From positions 928,001-992,000 of the forward strand of contig CBDFLJ010000001.1 of the NCBI GenBank assembly GCA_965248835.1: DNA of 64,000 nt, written 5' to 3'. A program made the position numbers and the translations under genes. The DNA comes from Alphaproteobacteria bacterium. GTDB lineage: Bacteria; Pseudomonadota; Alphaproteobacteria; MPNO01. The notes beneath the pieces were generated by a model. It saw only the letters and a list, made by a program, of their open reading frames with translations. It did not search any database and was not told where the DNA came from. Positions 60,279 to 64,000 of the stretch are shown piece by piece. Numbering within the stretch: position 1 is the stretch's first letter; each line of letters opens with the position of its first letter.

Positions 60279-61559
60279 CTAAGCCGCGCTACGGGCGTGG
60301 AACCATTTGGCGAGCGCGAGCAAGCTGCGGTCCTCGCCGCGCCCTGCGATGAACTGCACGCCGACCGGAAGCCCGTTGGGCCCGGTGGCGTAGGGCACCG
60401 TCACGCACGGGACGTGCAAGAGCGTCCAGGTGGTCTGGAAGATCGGATCGCCGGTGGCGCCGAGCCCCTCCGGCGCCTCGCCCGGCGCGCTCGGGCTCAG
60501 CAACGCATCGCAGCCTGCGAACATCGCCTCGGCGGCCAGGCGGCAGGCCTTGGCATGGGCGTTGGCGTCATCGAGCGTCGCTGCGTCATAGCTCAGCCCT
60601 TCCTCGATCATGCCGCGCAGGCGGTCGCTGAGATCGCCCCGGTGATCGGCGTATTGCCGCGCGAGGCTGCGCGTGAGCCCGGCGTTGAGAATCACGCGGT
60701 GGCTGTCGGGGATGGCAGCGAAGTCATCGGGCAGGGCGAAGTCGAAGACCTCCGCGCCGAGGTCCGACAGCCGGTCCGCCGCGCGCGCGACCGCGTCGCG
60801 GCTTGCGGCCTCGGCCCGGTCCCAGTGATGGGTCCGGCACAGCCCGATGCGCGGCGTCCGGCCCAGCCCGTCGGGCAACGGGGCAGGCTGCGCACCGCGG
60901 ACGATGTCGTAGAACGCCGCCACATCGTCCACCGAGCGCGCCATGTAGCCCAGCGTGTCGAAGTCCGACTCGAGCGCCAGGATGCCGGTCAGATCAACCG
61001 TGCCGTGGGTCGGCTTGAGCCCGACGACCCCGCAGAAGGCGGCCGGGCGGATCAACGAGCCGGCGGTCTGGTTGCCGAAGGCGATCGGCACCATGGATGC
61101 GCCGACGGCCGCCGCCGAGCCGGACGACGAGCCGCCGGGCGTGTGTGCGGGGTTGTGCGGATTGCGGGTCTTGCCGGGGCTGAAGGTCGCGAACTCGGTG
61201 GAGACCGTCTTGCCCAGCAGGACCGCGCCGGCGTTGCGCATCGCGGCCACGCAGGCGGCGTCGTTCTCGGGCCGGTGCCCCTTGTGGATCGCCGCGCTGC
61301 CGTATTCGGTGGGCAGGTCAGCGCTGTCGATGACGTCCTTGACGCCGAACGGCACGCCGTGAAGCGGACCGCCGCCCGCCCGGTCGGCATCGCGCGCCTG
61401 TTCGAGGGCGTAATCGGGGTCGAGATGGATCCACGCCCGAACCTCGCCCTCGCGATCCTCGATCCGCTCCAGGCAGGACCGCACCAGCGCCTCGGAGGTG
61501 ATCTCGCCCGCCGCGATCGCCGCCGCAGCCTCGCTTGCGGTGCGTTGCCAAGGCTCCAT
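60279..61559 (-). CDS. amidase signature family protein
   Basis: GVKD, GKT, TPGGSSSGSAAA and GNQTAGSLIRPA motifs. Confidence 0.92.
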   Translation of the reverse strand: MEPWQRTASEAAAAIAAGEITSEALVRSCLERIEDREGEVRAWIHLDPDYALEQARDADRAGGGPLHGVPFGVKDVIDSADLPTEYGSAAIHKGHRPENDAACVAAMRNAGAVLLGKTVSTEFATFSPGKTRNPHNPAHTPGGSSSGSAAAVGASMVPIAFGNQTAGSLIRPAAFCGVVGLKPTHGTVDLTGILALESDFDTLGYMARSVDDVAAFYDIVRGAQPAPLPDGLGRTPRIGLCRTHHWDRAEAASRDAVARAADRLSDLGAEVFDFALPDDFAAIPDSHRVILNAGLTRSLARQYADHRGDLSDRLRGMIEEGLSYDAATLDDANAHAKACRLAAEAMFAGCDALLSPSAPGEAPEGLGATGDPIFQTTWTLLHVPCVTVPYATGPNGLPVGVQFIAGRGEDRSLLALAKWFHARSAA

Positions 61560-61699
61560 CGCCGTTCCTCCTCGATTTTGGATTTCGGTCCTCTTAACCC
61601 AGCCCGTCCGCCATGGCCAGCGGCAAAGGGGGCTGCGGGCAATGACGGGGCGTTATCCAGGCGGCGATTCGCCGGGCTCTATGACGGACGGCGGGGACG

Positions 61700-61884
61700 G
61701 ACGGCGGGTCGGCTGCTGCGCTTGGAGCCAGCTCTCGGCGAGAGCCCGACCATGATCGGCAAATTGCGCGCCATACCCAAGCGCAGACAGCGGCCCGCCA
61801 TGTCCACCTCGCGCGGGACCCCATCCAGACCGCCGCATCACGGATCACCGAGAGCATCGGCGGGAACTTGTCGGGCGGTAACAA
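61700..61884 (-). pseudogene. decayed gene fragment with two apparent 1-nt frameshifts
   Basis: Three successive frames with coding-like codons: DKFPPMLSVIRDAAVWM / VPREVDMAGRCLRL / YGAQFADHGRALAESWLQAQ. Confidence 0.35.
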
Positions 61885-61964
61885 GGCGGATTCACCGGAC
61901 AGCGCCGCGGCCGCGCCAACCGAAACGGGTCGATAATATACGGTTTTTATGGAAATATGGGTCT

Positions 61965-62231
61965 ATGAAGACGACCATCGAGCTTCCCGACGTCATGTTC
62001 CGGCAGGCCAAGGCTCTTGCCGCCGCCCGCGGCATCACCTTGAGGCGGTTCTTCACCGAGGCGCTCGAGCAGCAACTCCGGCGCTGCACAAGCGAGAACC
62101 GCACCGGCAACGCGGAACCGCCTTGGATGGCCGGCTTCGGCGCGCTATCCGATCTTTCCGACGAGAACCGCCGCGTCCTCAAGGCGATCGAGGAGGAGTT
62201 CGAGAGGCTCTCCCCCGAAGACCTCGTATGA
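61965..62231 (+). CDS. VapB-like antitoxin (RHH type)
   Basis: MKTTIELPD..FRQAKALAAARGITL..; stop overlaps the PIN toxin start (ATGA). Confidence 0.85.
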   Translation: MKTTIELPDVMFRQAKALAAARGITLRRFFTEALEQQLRRCTSENRTGNAEPPWMAGFGALSDLSDENRRVLKAIEEEFERLSPEDLV

Positions 62232-62605
62232 TCCTCGACACCAACGCTCTGTCCGCGTGGGCGGAGGGACGCGCGGCAATCGAGGCCCCTCTTCGCTCGG
62301 CCGAGCGACTGGTCATACCCAGCGTCGTTCTCGGCGAGTACTATTTCGGTATCCGCCAATCGCGTCATCGAAGCCGCTACGAGGAATGGCTTGCCCGCTA
62401 TCTGCCGCTGACCGAAATCGCGGCCGTTACCTCGGCGACGGCGGATGTCTACGCCGACATCCGGCTGAAATTGAAACGGCTGGGCACACCCATACCACCG
62501 AATGACGTCTGGATCGCGGCGCTCGCCCGTCAGCACGCCCTCCCGGTGTTGAGCAACGACGGCCATCTCGACGCCGTCGACGGCGTCAGGCGCATCGCCT
62601 TCTGA
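62228..62605 (+). CDS. vapC: VapC PIN-domain toxin
   Basis: ILDTN, VLGE, PIPPNDVWIAA and SNDGH motifs. Confidence 0.92.
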   Translation: MILDTNALSAWAEGRAAIEAPLRSAERLVIPSVVLGEYYFGIRQSRHRSRYEEWLARYLPLTEIAAVTSATADVYADIRLKLKRLGTPIPPNDVWIAALARQHALPVLSNDGHLDAVDGVRRIAF

Positions 62606-62649
62606 ACCGGACGCGTCTGCGCTTTCATCGCCGGCGCCAGCCGCAGTCG

Positions 62650-62810
62650 CGGCATCGGCACGTTGGCCAGCCCCTCGACCGAGTCGATCAGGCTGCATTC
62701 GAGGCTCCGGCGGCCGCGGCGAACCGGTCCAAGGTGATCGATACCTTGCCGGTCTCCCGCTTGTGCAGGTGATCCGCCGACGTGCCCAGCCGCCCGGCCA
62801 GCGCCGGCCG
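62650..62810 (-). pseudogene. frameshifted XRE-family HTH regulator remnant
   Basis: ALAGRLGTSADHLHKRETGKVSITLDRFAAAAGA then, after a frameshift, LECSLIDSVEG; matches an HTH_3-like pattern. Confidence 0.5.
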
Positions 62811-62888
62811 CCCGCGCGGCGATTGGCTGGGTGGGCGAATCGCGGCATGATGGGCGATGTCGGGGCAGGCGAAAGGGGGCAAACGGGC

Positions 62889-63920
62889 ATGGGCGATGAC
62901 ACGCTGCCGCTGATCGACATTGCGCCCTATCTGAGCGGCGGGGCGCCCGGGAAGGGTTCGGTGGCAGGCGCCGTCGATGCGGCGTGCCGCGAGACCGGGT
63001 TTTTCACCGTCGCCGGGCATGGCGTTCCCGAACCGCTGGTCGCGGAGACCCGCGCGGTTGCGGCCGCGTTCTTCGCCCTGCCGGAGGCGGAAAAGCGCCG
63101 CAGCGCGCCGCCGCCCGAGCGCAAGCTGCCGCGGGGGTTCAGCCCGCTGGGCAACCGCTCGCTGTCCTATACGGGCGCGGTCGAGGCGCCGCCCGACCTG
63201 CAGGAGAGCTTCGCCGTCGGTCCGCTCGGACCCCACGCGGCCGATGCGGCGGGCACGGCGGGCAACGCAGTGGTCGCGGGATTCCACGCGGCCAACATCT
63301 GGCCGGCGCGCCCCGCCGGGTTCGCGGCGACCGTGAGCGTCTATGTCGAGGCGATGGGCGGGCTGGCGCAGACGATCATGGCCGTCTTCGCGACCGCGCT
63401 CGGGATCGAGGAGACGTTCTTCGAGGACAAGATAGACCGCGGCCCGAGCGTCCTGCGGCTGACCCATTACCCGGCCCAGCCCACCGCGCCGCTGCCCGGC
63501 CAGCTACGCAGCGGCGAGCACACCGATTACGGCTCGCTCACCATCCTGCGCGGCGACGACGTGCCGGGCGGGCTGCAGGTCCGGCGGCGCGACGGCATTT
63601 GGACCGAAATCCACCCGGCACCCGGCACGTTCATCTGCAATATCGGCGACATGATGATGCGCTGGACCAACGACCGCTGGACCTCGACGCCGCACCGGGT
63701 GGTCAACCCGCCGCGCGCATTCGCCGGGCGCGACAGGATCTCGCTGGTCTATTTCCACATGCCCAACCACGACGCCGAGATCGCCTGCATCGACCGCAGC
63801 CTCGCACCGGGCGCCGCGCCCTCCTATCCGCCGATCACCTGCGCGGACTATTTCGCCGCCAAGTACCTGCGCTCCGAAGTCCAGCGGCTGGACGTCGACA
63901 CCACGACGGCCAGCGCCTAG
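62889..63920 (+). CDS. isopenicillin N synthase-like Fe(II)/2OG dioxygenase, copy 2
   Basis: LPLIDI, GFF..GHGV, DLQE, HTDYG, HRVVNP and RISLVYF motifs. Confidence 0.92.
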   Translation: MGDDTLPLIDIAPYLSGGAPGKGSVAGAVDAACRETGFFTVAGHGVPEPLVAETRAVAAAFFALPEAEKRRSAPPPERKLPRGFSPLGNRSLSYTGAVEAPPDLQESFAVGPLGPHAADAAGTAGNAVVAGFHAANIWPARPAGFAATVSVYVEAMGGLAQTIMAVFATALGIEETFFEDKIDRGPSVLRLTHYPAQPTAPLPGQLRSGEHTDYGSLTILRGDDVPGGLQVRRRDGIWTEIHPAPGTFICNIGDMMMRWTNDRWTSTPHRVVNPPRAFAGRDRISLVYFHMPNHDAEIACIDRSLAPGAAPSYPPITCADYFAAKYLRSEVQRLDVDTTTASA

Positions 63921-64000
63921 CCCAAGTTCCGGTCCGGTCGCCCGGGTGCAGGGGCGATCAGGACCGCGGCCGGTGCGTTCCGAAAGGCGCTCGACACAGC

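Overview
High-GC alphaproteobacterial (Rhodospirillales-like) chromosomal segment. The left half (about 1-29.5 kb) is largely conserved housekeeping DNA: the 5' end of tsaD, hemC-hemD-alphaMic60/COG4223-hemY, tRNA-Thr(CGT), rpmH-rnpA-yidD-yidC-engB-argB, a DedA/TVP38 + MerA-like flavoprotein + histidine kinase block, panBC, tRNA-Arg(ACG), tsaC and cysQ. The right half (about 29.5-64 kb) is an accessory catabolic region: CoA ligases, acyl-CoA dehydrogenase, an LLM monooxygenase with hydrolases, Fe/2OG dioxygenases, an HpxW-like GGT, hydantoinase/oxoprolinase A and B subunits, an ABC transporter, an amidase and vapBC. The most notable signal is a Cys-rich 'QVAA-(C)NPCAAK/R' repeat module that occurs twice. 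One copy is a stand-alone exported 92-aa peptide and the other is an N-terminal array fused to a cytochrome P460-like heme domain, which suggests an uncharacterised periplasmic metal/redox system. Also present are a 278-bp IS1380-derived MITE-like element after tRNA-Arg, a truncated hydantoinase A with an apparent deletion junction inside an ABC operon, vapBC between frameshifted gene remnants, and several small proteins I cannot assign to a family. All family assignments are from motif recognition by eye; no searches were run.
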